A DNA stretch of 64,000 nucleotides, taken from NCBI RefSeq assembly GCF_009914755.1, contig NC_060942.1. One strand, written 5' to 3'. This document shows, piece by piece, positions 1 through 12,071 of the stretch. This DNA comes from the human T2T-CHM13v2.0 reference genome, Homo sapiens. A program made the translations under genes and the position numbers. Each line of letters starts with the position of its first letter. Position 1 is the stretch's first letter. Under the pieces are notes generated by a model. The model searched no databases, was not told the origin of the DNA, and saw only the letters and a list, made by a program, of their open reading frames with translations.

Positions 1-86
1 AGGAAACAAGCATATTGGAAAAATTTAAAAAGTAAACATTTTGTTCAACTATACATACAAAAACATAAGTAATATGAATAAATGAG

Positions 87-369
<283 letters not shown>

Positions 370-1029
370 TTACATTGTCTACTGCAAGAGTTCAGCCAAG
401 AGTGCTCATCCAAGACAACAGAAGACACTGACCTTGCTCAATATAGTTATGTGTACTATGGGAGACATAAGTGTTGCTTCCTTGAAAAACCTTGCAATTC
501 TTACATTTTCATTAAAATAAATGCAAATGCAGATAAAGCTGATGTAATAGGTGGTTTTGATATTGAAATATTAACGGATATTAACTCATTATCTCTTTTG
601 CTTTTACTATGAACAATTCTACAATAAGCATAGTTTTAGGTATGACTACCAATTTAAATGTTAAAAAATGACAATATGTAGAAATACTGGAAGAAAACAG
701 AGGCTTCTATGTTTTCTTTTGTAATCTTGGAAACATAACAGTTACTCTAAGAAAAGTATAGTGACTAGACTATAAAGAATAAATTATTTAATTTCAGCAA
801 AAATAAATAAAATAAGCAAAAACAAATAAGCACTGAAAAAAATTACCAGTTCCAATTTATGCAAGAAAAGAGGAGAATGGATCATTTACTAAGAATGATT
901 ATTGAACCTATGAGGAACCATGGAGCCTTTTGTCTTTGATTTACCATGTTTGCAACCTTTGATTACCATGCAAAATTACTATTTTTTATATGAAAAATAG
1001 AAAAGGATTAATAATTTATTTATACAGAA

Positions 1030-1690
1030 TAAAAAAGTCATGAACAACAATGAACAATTTCCATTTATATCAAGTACAAGACACATATGAGCATAATCAC
1101 TCTATCATTTAATGTTATTATCGATTTTTTCACATAGCTAGTTAGAACTAGTTTAGAAATAAAAACAAAAGAAAATATTGGAAAGTATAAAGGAATATTG
1201 ACATTATTTACAAATGATTAAGTTAAATCTGGAAAATTTATGAGAATGCACAAAGAAGTATTAGAAACATATAATGTAAATGTCTCTTTGTAAATAAATA
1301 TCAATAGTTTTATAATATGTTAATTAGAAATTCATTATGGAACAGTTCTTATATGCTATGGAAAAAAGTCAGGAAAATGCCTAAGTAAATTTAAAAGACC
1401 TAGATATACTTAAAAAGTAACCATTAATTCAAGAAAAAATATAAGGTACTAAAACAAAAAGTTTCTTTTTTTCTTAAGTAGAAAAACTCAGCATTAAGGA
1501 AAAATAGTTAACCTAGGATTTTGATGAAAATTCAAAATGAATTAAAATTATTTTACTGTCTATATGAGAGGGAGTAAGACTGTGACAGTGGCATACCAAT
1601 TATTGGGAAGAAAAATAAGAGCGAGTTGTGATTTACATTAAAATGCATTATAAAGAAAACATAGTTATGTCGTTTAATACTGGCCTCATA
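1030..1690 (+). mobile_element. Highly decayed old L1 (L1M/L1ME-type) ORF2 fragment
   Basis: A-rich sequence with degenerate RT-region words (e.g. GACATTATTTACAAATGATT resembling the LFADD codons); boundaries approximate. Confidence 0.5.
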
Positions 1691-1749
1691 TATTGAGTTA
1701 TCACTACTTATAACTCTTTCACTCCTTCCCTAAAAACATAAATATTAAT

Positions 1750-3898
1750 ACTTTTCTTTCTATGGCTTTTTGGAAGAAAGAAGTGGTCATTACAAGTCAA
1801 TGCTATCACTAGAACAAGTAGAACATATTTAACGTACATAACTAAATACATTAGCAAAATCATCAAAGAACTTTAAAGCAACAAAATAATGTAAAATTTT
1901 AGATGGGCAGAGCTATGTCTTAATGAGCTGATGATTGTATAACCAACAGTTTTTTTAAAATTTTATTTTCCCCTTCAAGAAGAGTAAAATTTGGGCTCAA
2001 GCAAAATGTCAGAGCTATCGTAAGCTGCCAAGAAACAGAGAAACCAGCAGTTTTTGGGAGTTTCACTGAGACGTATGACAGATGTGAAAATTGAGGGACT
2101 TCTAATAACAACTAAATATTCCTTCATAACCTCTGTGTTTTAGGTCTTTGTGGGAAGTTGAAGAGGTAGGCTATTTTTTCTTTTTTCAAAAGTTAGATGA
2201 TGATGTCTTGAAGTATTTTAGTATTCACAGAAGAAAATTAAAAGAGGACCTACACTGTAGCATCCTTCAAGTCTTCCCATCACAATTTTGCAGATTTTGA
2301 ATACTTGCAATAAGAGACTGGGTAGACTGTAGAAAGTTTTCAAGGCAAGAGGCAATTTCTTTGCAGGCTTTTACGACTGAAAACAAAGGAATCTTGTGAG
2401 CTTTAAATCAAATGCCCACTAAAACAGTGCTTGAAGAACAGGGGTAAAACAGAGAATCACTAAGGCTTACTTAAGGTTTGAACCTAATGGCAATGGTTGA
2501 AATCCAACACTGGATTCAGGTGATTGTTCTCTCAATCTGTTGTCTTAATAGGCAGTTAAAGAAACAATTTCAGGTAGAAGATATTAGCATTTGAGGGGAC
2601 TCTACTTCTTTTATATTCAATGGTTAGTGCACAATGAAAATTTACTAGACATAGACTATAATCAGAAAGCTTTTAAAAAATTAAAAAGGACTAGGAGAGG
2701 ACCCAGAGAAGATCAAGATGTTGGAGTTGATGAACAAGTTTTTAAAATAACAAGGGTTAGTATTTTAAAAATATAATACACCATGGACAAAATAGATTAA
2801 AGAATCAAAATTGTACCAGAAAATTAAATTTGAATAGAAGTATCAAAAATCACTCTCAATACATAAAGGGAAAAAATTAATTTGAAATCCGGATGAAGTT
2901 AACAGCAAATGGCACTCACCAGAACAGAAGAATAGAAAACTCAAAGGACTGTCAGTAGAAAATACCCAAACTGAGTCACACAGATGGACAATGAATGAAA
3001 AATAGGTCCTCGCAGTGACTAAAAATATATATAATTGCATTACAATAGTAAGAAAAGAGAAAGTATAGGGCAGAAAATATAATTATAGCAATAATGGCTG
3101 AGAACTTTAGAGAACTGTTTTGAAAAATTCAACTGACTGATTCAAAGTCTCAGAAAAACAATTCTGATTAACAAAGATTGTCATAGTTGGATGTATCATA
3201 GTATAACTCAGGAAAAGGATACAAAAATATAAAATTATGAAAGAAATTAGGGGAAAATGATACAATACCTTTAAATAGATGACCAACAACTCAAAAGAAA
3301 TGATAAAATCTAGGGAAAAAATGCTTGATTAGAGCACTGAAAAATAACTGCAAACCAATAATTTTGTAACTGGGCAATACACACTTTATATATGCACATA
3401 CAAAGATGCTTTCAGACAAAGTTTGAAGGAATTTGTCTCCAGCATACCTTCAATAAAATGAAAACTGAAAAAAATTATTCAGGCAGAATAAATGATCCCA
3501 GAGTGAAATATTTAAATCAAAGAGGGGAAAAAATTGAAGAGCAAATTGCAATTATCAATTAATATTGACTGCACATACGATAAAGGTAATGTGTTATGCA
3601 GTTTAAAATATACATGGAACAAAATTGATTACAATTATAGCATAAAATATAGAAAAGGACAAAATAAGTTAAATTTTCTAAGGCTCTAAATATATCAGGA
3701 AAGTGATAAAAATAATCATTTGTATTATTACTGCACAAATTAAGTCAATTGCATAAAAGTCATGTATGAATGCTGTAGTTTCTAGAATAGCCATCAGATG
3801 TAGGAAAAGAACAACTAGTGAATTGTTAAAAGATGAAAATAAGGTATATTAAAATTATTTTGTTAATACAGATAGACAGCTTAAGAAACACAGAACAT
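1750..3898 (+). mobile_element. Old L1M 5' region/ORF1 and inter-ORF remnant
   Basis: AAGATGTTGGAGTTGATGAACAAGTTTTTAAAATAAC (L1M ORF1 start region) and GAATTTGTCTCCAGCATACCTTCAATAAAATGAAAACTGAAA (ORF1 end); many stops; left boundary uncertain. Confidence 0.7.
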
Positions 3899-4070
3899 TG
3901 CCAGGCGCAGTGGCTCATGCCTGTAATCCCAACACTTCGTGGGGCCGAGGCAGGCGGATCATGAGGTCAGGAGTTCGAGACCAGCCTGGCCAACATAGTG
4001 AACCCTCATCTCTACTAAAAATACAAAAATTAACCTAGCATGGTGGCGCGCGCCTCCAGCTACTCAGGAG
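3899..4070 (+). mobile_element. AluS, 3'-truncated early in right monomer
   Basis: Full left arm (GGCGGATCATGAGGTCAGGAGTTCGAGACC) and linker, then stops abruptly at CTACTCAGGAG with no rest of right arm or poly-A. Confidence 0.92.
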
Positions 4071-4594
4071 CTTTGAATTATGCTAATAGATAAAAAAACA
4101 AACAAACTGACAAAGCAAACCTGAACAGTGAAAGTTCTGGCTCAGGGAAGGTGAAATACGGAATAAACAGTAAAAGAAGGAAGCCCTTGATATCCATTAC
4201 AACCTGTGACCAACTTCAGAAATGAGAACTGTCTAGATTTGATTTCCTCTCTGGTTATTATTTATATTTATTACATACTTCAGTTATTTATATTTATATT
4301 ATCTCTTTTTTTCTATAAATATTTGACATCAAGTTATGAAACATTAATTTTACCATTTAGTCTTTAGGTAGAAGAATACCCTGTGACTGAGCTTGCAGAG
4401 TAATTAATATAATTAACAATGGATAATGTCTGATGGCATTCTGCATCTCCTCGGTTAGGGTAAGGGCAAGAACTTCTCTTAAAAGAAAAATACTTGTATC
4501 TTTCAGTGGAAGCTTATAGCTGTTTCACTGAAATATAGAAGTTCGAATGTGTGTGGAGGATGCATGGAGAAACTGAGGAGCCAAAGGGCTGTGT
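4071..4594 (+). mobile_element. ERVL internal 3' end (HERVL40-like) up to the polypurine tract
   Basis: AAAGTTCTGGCTCAGGGAAGGTGAAATACGGAA...AAAGAAGGAAG...CCTGTGACCAACTTCAGAAATGAGAACTG resembles the ERVL post-dUTPase 3' end; GCCAAAGGG PPT-like before the LTR. Confidence 0.7.
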
Positions 4595-4700
4595 TTTGCC
4601 ACTTATAAATCTCTTAAATCTAAACCTACACACTTTTGCCTCCTCTACAATAAAGGAGTTGAGCTTTGTAAACATTTCTTTTGTTTTGTATGCTGTCTGG
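4595..4700 (+). mobile_element. LTR40-like ERVL LTR, 5' portion only
   Basis: TGCCACTTATAAAT...CTTTTGCC...GGAGTTGAGCTTTGTAAACATTTCT resembles the LTR40 start; follows the ERVL PPT. Confidence 0.55.
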
Positions 4701-4709
4701 CTTTGGAGT

Positions 4710-4850
4710 ATGATGATTGAAAGTTTAAAATCATTATACCATCCTGGTATATAAAATCCTTTTGCATTTTGAAATAGATATATTCCAGGAATATTTTTAT
4801 CTTTAAACATATTAGTCTGATATATGCATAGCTATACATACTTCAGTGAA
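4710..4850 (-). mobile_element. Old L1 ORF2 endonuclease-region fragment (inverted relative to flanking L1)
   Basis: Minus strand reads CTGAAGTATGTATAGCTATGCATATATCAGACTAATATGTTTAAAGATAAAAATATT..., matching the L1 EN segment GCTATACTAATATCAGACAAAATAGACTTTAAG. Confidence 0.6.
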
Positions 4851-4869
4851 AAAGCTGAAGTATTTAGTT

Positions 4870-5262
4870 ATTTATATACTCAAGAGGCTGTGTCTTCAAT
4901 TATCTTGCTTTTGTTGTGGTCATCTTAGGTGTTGTTATAGTTTTGCCTTAATCTTTACCCTTGGACATGGAACTTAATAAGAGACCACAAATAATTGCCT
5001 GGGTTCCAAATACAGTACCTTTTACTACCATTATGTAGCAGCAACTCAATTTCCTCATGGTAATCAAGATAATTTTTTTTCTGGCCAGTAGATTAACTCT
5101 TTTTTTTTTTCCCCTGCCTGTTCATTCAGTGGCACAAGGAACCCAGAATGTCCAGAACAGAATCTCATTTTACAATTCAATTGAGTCATTATTGTTTTTC
5201 CTGTTTGAAGCACCACCCAAATTGTTTTGGACACCAAGACCCCAGATCAGCAGGTTTCTAGC
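4870..5262 (-). mobile_element. ERVL internal fragment, dUTPase-like region (pseudogenised)
   Basis: Minus strand reads TCTGGACATTCTGGGTTCCTTGTGCCACTGAATGAACAGGC...GATTACCATGAGGAAATTGAGTTGCTGCTACATAATGG...TGGAACCCAGG, the ERVL dUTPase pattern GHFG.L.P...DY..EI.LLLHNG. Confidence 0.75.
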
Positions 5263-5334
5263 TAAAATAGATCTTTACTTATTAAGTAAATTGAGGCATT
5301 AATGAGTAACATAAATAAAGAAAGAAAGAAAGAA

Positions 5335-6180
5335 GAAAAAAAAGAAAGAAATTACCAGGCCTAGGACATTTCACTGGTGAACTCTTACCAAACACTTAAG
5401 GAAAATATAATACTTATTCTTCAAGATCATTCTTGCTTTCAAAAAATAGAAATTAAAGAAACACTTCTTACTTCATTCTATGCAGCCAAAATCACCCTAA
5501 TTCCAGAATCACATAAAGACATTACAGAAAATAAAAATTACAGACCAATATCTCTAAAAAACATAGCAAATGTATTAGCAATCAAATCTTAAAATGCATA
5601 AAAATAATTGCACACCACAATTTACTAGGATTTACTCCAGATATTCAAGGCTAAACATTTAGGTATTCAAAAGTCAACTAATGTAATCGACCACATTAAC
5701 AAACTAAAAAACAGTCATGTGAGTGTGTTAATTGGTACAGAAAAAGATTTATTTGTATTCAATAGCCATTCATGATAAAACCTCTCAACAAATGACATAG
5801 AAGGGAATTCCTCAATATTATAAAGAACATATACCGAAAACGTATAGCTGACATTATAGTTAATGGAAGGAAACTGCATATTTTCCCCTTATAACTAGAG
5901 CAAGGCAAGAATGGCCTCTCCTGCTATTCCTATTCAATATTACACCGAGAAGACTCCAACCTAGTGCAGTAAGATGAGGAAAAGAAATAAATATGTAAAG
6001 ACTGGCAAAGATATCATGAAATTGTCTTTACTCACAGGTGACATGATTGCCTAGGCAGAAAATCTCAGCAAATGCAAAAAACATAATTAACAAACAAAAG
6101 ATCTCAAAAACTCTTGGATTTAATGAGCGTGCGTAACAAGGTCGTAAGATACATGATTAACATACAAAATTTGATTGCTT
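5335..6180 (+). mobile_element. L1M ORF2 fragment (RT region)
   Basis: Translates as YQTLKENII..., SFYAAKITLIPE...NYRPISL; frameshifted and stop-ridden. Confidence 0.88.
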
Positions 6181-6930
6181 CCAAAGAGTAAAGTATGAAA
6201 AGGGAAAAAACATAGAATAACTTTATACTGGAGAAACCTGACAGATATTAACTCAACCAGGTGATTAAGTTTAGCATCAACAGTGACAAGTCAGGATAAG
6301 AGCATAGATGTACTCTTGACCTGATGAAATGAAAATGGCACTTTATTTCTATGGTCTTCTTCCTAAAAACATTATCAGTCTAGTCACGAAATAAACATTA
6401 GACCAGTTCCATTTCAGGTACTTTATACAAAATTCCTCATCAATACTAAGCGTCAAGGTCATCAGAGACAACAGGAATCTGAGAAACTGTCATAGCCAAG
6501 AGGAAGTTAAGGATATATGACTATTAAATATAACATGGCACCATGGAGAGGATTGTGGACACAAGAAGAGATGATAATTTAAAAATAAGAAAATTTGAAT
6601 CTAACAGGGACTTTTGTTAATGTTGTATCTTGAAAATTCATGCTTAACAAGAGAGGGTTTCCCACCCCAGTAATAACATTTGGATCAGTAGACACAGCAA
6701 TTCTTGCCTCTGTTTGAAATCTTAAACAAACTCCTCTGACACTGCTGTCCCCAATTAAGAATGGTAATAGTAAAAACCCATCAATGATAAAATTAATAAT
6801 GCATCAACATTAGTTCAATATTATGACAAATGTATCATACTAATGTAAGATATTAATAACAGGAAAAACAGGAACTATGTACCACCTTTTCCAGAACACA
6901 TACACATATTCTAAACTTAAATATTTAATG
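6181..6930 (+). mobile_element. L1MC-type 3' UTR, interrupted by a ~165 bp insertion at ~6630-6792
   Basis: ATAACTTTATACTGGAGAAACCTGACAGA...AACCAGGTGATTAAG and GACAAATGTATCATACTAATGTAAGATATTAATAACAGG are typical L1MC 3' end words. Confidence 0.8.
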
Positions 6931-6939
6931 TAAATACCA

Positions 6940-7700
6940 GTGAGTAGAACACACAAAAAATAAAAATAACTAGAAGAGGCAAACTTGTGTAAAAATTAAG
7001 CACTAGACTTTTAAATAAGCAATGGATCCAAACAAAATATTTTAAAATACAGCACGTATTTTCAACTAAATGAAAATGATGGTCTAGCATATAAAAACTT
7101 GTAAAACTTGACTAAGCATTGCTCAGATGTATTTTTAAAGCTTTCAAGTTATCTCAGGGAAAATAATTAGAGAAAAAGCTCAAGAATAATGTCCTTTTTA
7201 TTATTTTATTATTTTTATCTATTTCCTTTTTTTTTTTTTTTTTCAGGACAGGGTCTGTCTCTGCCACCTAGGTGGTTCTCAAACTCCTAGGCTGAAGCAA
7301 TTTTCCCACTTCATCCTCTCCTGTCTGGGATTACAGGCATACAGCACTGTTATTATTTGTATTCCAAGAAGCAACAACAACAAGAAGAAAACCCACCAAA
7401 TTAAACTAGGAAAACATAGCAGGAAGAGAATCGTAAGGATAAGAGAAAAAGAAATTAAATAGAAAACACAAAAACAATACAAAAAATTAGGAAAGTCATG
7501 TGTTAGATTTCACAAAATTGATAAAATCCAACAAAACTGATCAAGAATAGAAAAATAAATACTTTATTAGCCATGAAGTATGAGACCTCACACAAGTTTC
7601 TAGAAACATTAAAAGGTCAGATGATATAGTGAAAACTATACAATAAATTTAACAGTAGGGACACAATTACCAAAGTTTTTAAAAATTATACTTAAATCTG
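6940..7700 (+). mobile_element. Old L1M ORF2 fragment (post-EN), likely continuation of the 1750-3898 element
   Basis: TTTTCAACTAAATGAAAATGA...ATATAAAAACTTGT and ACAAAATTGATAAAATCC are degenerate L1 ORF2 words. Confidence 0.65.
7195..7350 (-). mobile_element. Monomeric Alu (FLAM-like)
   Basis: Poly-T followed by CAGGACAGGGTCT...CTCAAACTCCTAGGCTGAAGCAATT...CTGGGATTACAGGCAT; single arm. Confidence 0.8.
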
Positions 7701-8429
7701 AGAATTTAATTTCAGATTTATACTTAAACCTGAAGTATACTTTTGTGACTTAAATGTTTTTTACCATGTGTATAAGACCAGATTTATAATCATTGCACAT
7801 TAGATGTGTAAAGCTCACAGAAATTTTATTTATGTTATTTTTATTTTTGATTATACTGATAAATACATTTATGGAAATAATCATAAACTTTGAATTCAGG
7901 AAAGCAGATAGGTGGCATTAATCAGTGGATATGTATCATAATATATTTTTTCAACCCAAAGTTATAATAAATTTGCCAGCATGATAATTAAATATAGGAT
8001 ATTTGGAGAAATCATTTCAGTAATATTGGAGCTAGTTAATAACTGTATGAAGACTTTAAATATAAATATATCTTACAAATAGCACTCACTGCTTTATGTA
8101 TCACCTAGACAACTATTTCAGAATGCAGCCACACACATATGAAAGTCAGTCCCATTAAAGGATTCTTAACATATACATACATAGGAATTCAGAATTGTAA
8201 TATTATGAATTTAATTTCAAAAGCTAAAGAAAATCACTAATATAGGATGACAATGATGAGAATAAACTACAGCTTCAATTTAATAATTTTTTTAAAGTGC
8301 ACCAAGAGCTACACTTAAAATGTTTGACTTTGTTTGATTTCTTTTTCTTATACTACTTCTATCTGAAAATTGTGTATTTGTATTCACAGATACCCACAAA
8401 TGCACATCTATCCACATGATTTTGTACAC

Positions 8430-9935
8430 ATACGCATTTCTTCCTCCCTTCATGTAAGTCTCCCATATGAAGTTTGCCATAAAGTCCTGTAAGTTCACCC
8501 CAAAGCTTCATTCAATTGTTTTTAATCCATTATCAAGGGATGAAAATGTCACCACTCTAATTCAGGCCCTTGTAATCTCTGTGATATACCATAGAAGATT
8601 CTTTCTATTTTTCAGGGTTTTAATCTTCAAGTTAACTTCCATAGTGTCACCGTATGTATCTTCTGAAAGTAGAAATAGAACTATGTCATGTCAGACCTGG
8701 ATGATTTAAAATTATTTGTTAGTTTTCTAGTATGCTCCACATAAAATTTAAGTGTTTAAAAATCCAGTATGCTTTTCAGCCTGAACGTGCATTAAAATAA
8801 AATGTTATTAATATCATCACTGCCTATAACCAGGACCCACTTTTTGTCAAGCAGACCTGATAAAGGATCTAGACATCAGAGATGTTAAAAGTTCCTAGGT
8901 GATATTGATGAGCTGAGACCCACTCTCTCAGACTCATATGAAGAGTTTTGTATTATCTGGTCCTTGTTCCATGGGGCTCATGGATCTTCATTTTCTTGTG
9001 TAAACGCTAACTTCTCCTGACCTCAATGAGCTCCCTCATGTCCCCCCCACCCTCATCACCACCCGCATATTTCTGCCTGGGAAACTCTTCTTTCTTCCCC
9101 ATATTTCTTTATGGGAAACTCCTTTCCTGTTTTCACCAACTTGACCATTTTCTCAAGGCTCATCTTCTACTCCCTGTCCTTTCACTAGTCTTACCTTGTG
9201 CGTTCCCTTGTAGCTCCTCATGTCACCAGAACACCATGGTAGCTATGATTCCTTGTGCTCAAGGACTACCTAGCACTCCCATATGTCTCTGCACTTCTCA
9301 CACTACTGTAAGTCTGTCCCTCTATATGCATTGTAAGTCCTTTGGCGATAGAAGACATCTGTCTAAATCAATGTAGTAACTAGTAGAGGACTATCCACAT
9401 GGGAGACGTCTGTGATATACAAAATAATGGCCCTCGTCCCCAGTATGTTCACATCTTGATCCCTGGGAACTGTCAATGTGACCTTTTATGATAATTGGCA
9501 TTTTGCAGCCGTGATTAATTTAAGGACCTTGCGATGCATGTTTTTCTTGGGTTATCAAGTGGACTCACAGCAATCAGAAGCGTCCTCATAAACGGGAGAT
9601 GAAACGTCAGAGTCACATTAGGAATCCTGAGGCTGGAAACAGAGGTTCGAGTGATGGGAGGAAGCCACTAGGAGGCAGGGAATGCAGGCTCCCTAGAAGG
9701 AGAAAAGGCAAGGAAGCAAATTTTACCATCAGAGCCCCAGAAGAAACCAGCCCTGTCCACACCCATATCCCCAAGATTTAACTTTATTTCATAAGATCAG
9801 TTTTAGGTTACTGACCCTCAGAACTATAAAAAATTAAATTTCTGTTGTTTTAAACTGCAAAGCTTGTATTTATTTGGTAAAGAAGCAATAGAAAAGTAAT
9901 ACGGTACTCAGTTTATTGAATTGATGAATTGATTT
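8430..9935 (+). mobile_element. L2 3' remnant, interrupted by MER5-like (~8770-8925) and MLT1D elements
   Basis: GTCACCACTCTAATTCAGGCCCTTG, CAAGGCTCATCTTCT, ATTGTAAGTCCTTTGG and terminal TTTATTGAATTGATGAATTGA. Confidence 0.6.
9411..9903 (+). mobile_element. MLT1D-like MaLR solo LTR
   Basis: TGTGATATACAAAATAATGGCCC...TTTTGCAGCCGTGATTAATTTAAGGACCTTG...AGCAATAGAAAAGTAATAC. Confidence 0.85.
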
Positions 9936-10249
9936 TTTTTTAGTAATCACATAAATTTCTGTAAGATTTGTTATACATTGTTTACTGTCACAGAATCATG
10001 TTTTATATCTTCAAGCTCAAAGCAAGCTTTCAAACTTGAATTTAGTTCTTGCATAAATATGGATGATTGTTTCTCCATTGCTGAAGCAGTGTATTATTTC
10101 CATAATGATCTGTAAAGTAGGTGGGTTTCATGACCTAAGTGTTATTGTTGATCTTTATATATACAAGGAAAACGCAGAGTCATCGTTCATTTGTAGCTGC
10201 ATTTATCTCTGGTTTTCAAGCATTTCTATAAAATAACAATTAAGCTTAG

Positions 10250-10739
10250 TGTGATGGTTAATACTGAGTGTCAACTTGATTGGATGGAAGGAAGCAAAAT
10301 ATTAATCCTGAGTGTGTCTGTGAGGGTGTTGCCAAAGGAGATAAACATTTGAGTCAGTGTGCTGGGAAAGGCAGACCCACCCTTAATCTGGGTGGGCACC
10401 ATCTAATCAGCTGCCATTGCAGCTAGGATATGAAACAGGCAGAAAAACGTGAAAAGTCTTGACTGGCTTAGCCTCCCAGCCTACATCTATCTCCTGTGCT
10501 GGATGCTTCCTGCCCTTGAACATTGAACTCCAAGTTTGTCATCTTTGGGATTCAGACTGGCTTCCTTGTTCCTCAGCTTACAGATGGCCCGGCCTGTTGT
10601 GGGACCTTGTGATTGTGTGAGTTAATACTCCTTAATAAACTCCCTTTTATTTATATGTATATATATGTGTGTGTGTGTGTGTTTGTGTGTGTATATATAT
10701 TCTATTAGTTCTGTCCCTTAGAGAATCCTGACTAATACA
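10250..10739 (+). mobile_element. MLT2A (HERVL) solo LTR with perfect 5-bp TSD CTTAG
   Basis: TGTGATGGTTAATACTGAGTGTCAACTTGATTGG...CCTGACTAATACA; CTTAG at 10245-10249 and 10740-10744; internal TA/TG microsatellite typical of MLT2. Confidence 0.93.
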
Positions 10740-12017
10740 CTTAGCTTCTCCTTGTCTCTTTCTTTTGATCTTCTGTGAAGCCCTGGCTTGACTTTTCCTG
10801 GAAACTTTTCCTGTGACAGTGCATGTATCACAAGATGGCCCTGTCAAAGATACATCATATTAATTACAATATGTGATATTCAGTAGGAACCCAAACAGTA
10901 CAACAGATAATGGCAAAAGATAAACAACATTTCTAAGTAAAATAAAGTTCTGAAATGCTTTGAATTGAGGCATAAATGCCTTACTGACAGTCCAAAAATG
11001 ACCTATAAAATCCCGAAGCATTCACCTATCTAAAATTCTGAAAGTTATGATTTCTGTGACAACATAATTTTTATTTACTTTGCATTTTCCTGAAAAGAAT
11101 TATCAAGTTCACTAAGGCAAAAATGTTATGAAAGAAATTAAATGAGCCTCAAAGCTGAGTCTCAGATCAATAGCAGGAAGTGCCCATGAAATTTATTATA
11201 TATCGCTTACCAGTGTCTTCTAACCCCTGCAGAACTATTCAATCTGCTGTTACACACATACAATTTCCATAGTACTGGAATGGCAATAAATACTGCTGAA
11301 AAAATCTGATCTCTCACCAACTCATTGAGCCCCTTTCATGATTTATGTTCAATCTGGAGCCCACCAAGGAATGAAGATAATAAAAATCTAGGCCAGAGTA
11401 ATAGAGTTGCCCTGACAAATTCCATGCTGCGACAGAAGCTCCTTCACATTCTCCTCTGCACAAAGAGTATGAGACTTGCCAGGCAAAAATCTAGAATGAG
11501 ACTTTTCTCCAAGTCTCTCCATTGTATCTCCCAAATATTGATAATTAAGGGGGTAATTTTGAGACAGTTCTTCCCAGGAGATTTTTCTTTTTTTGGCTCA
11601 TGGATCCTTTAATTATTTGATATATAGTTTTTTAAAAATGAAATGACACAAACTAATGCTCCGCAGCTTTTTCTATCCATTACCTGACATTTTAGAGCAA
11701 CATTTCTGAGAAACGCCTTAGTCCTGAGACATTCACAGATGTTACATATAATTAATATACTTTAATTGCGATGAAGACAAAACATGCTCTTTAAATCCAT
11801 TCACAGAGACGTGTTTCTTTTCATTGGCAAGTTCACAATTACAGTGACTTTCTCAATTGTTTAAAATTGCTATTTTATTCTTATTCCTCTTCACTTGGAG
11901 CTTATCCAGTCAACTTAATTGTTGCAGACTTTAACACTGTCACCTTTTTATATCCCTGCAATTAACACAATGAATGTGTGAAATGCTCTCTTCTGTAAAA
12001 TAACCACAGTCACAATG

Positions 12018-12032
12018 ACACACAGACACACT

Positions 12033-12068
<36 letters not shown>
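12018..12068. repeat. (CA)n microsatellite
   Basis: Direct reading; imperfect 5' part then pure CA run. Confidence 0.95.

Positions 12069-12071
<3 letters not shown>

Noticed and set aside
6660-6760. Rab39-like peptide LIGDSSVRGVCLRFQTEARIAVSTDP as a processed pseudogene
   Set aside because: P-loop GKS/T is absent and the codons do not resemble my recollection of the gene; kept only as part of the unexplained insertion.
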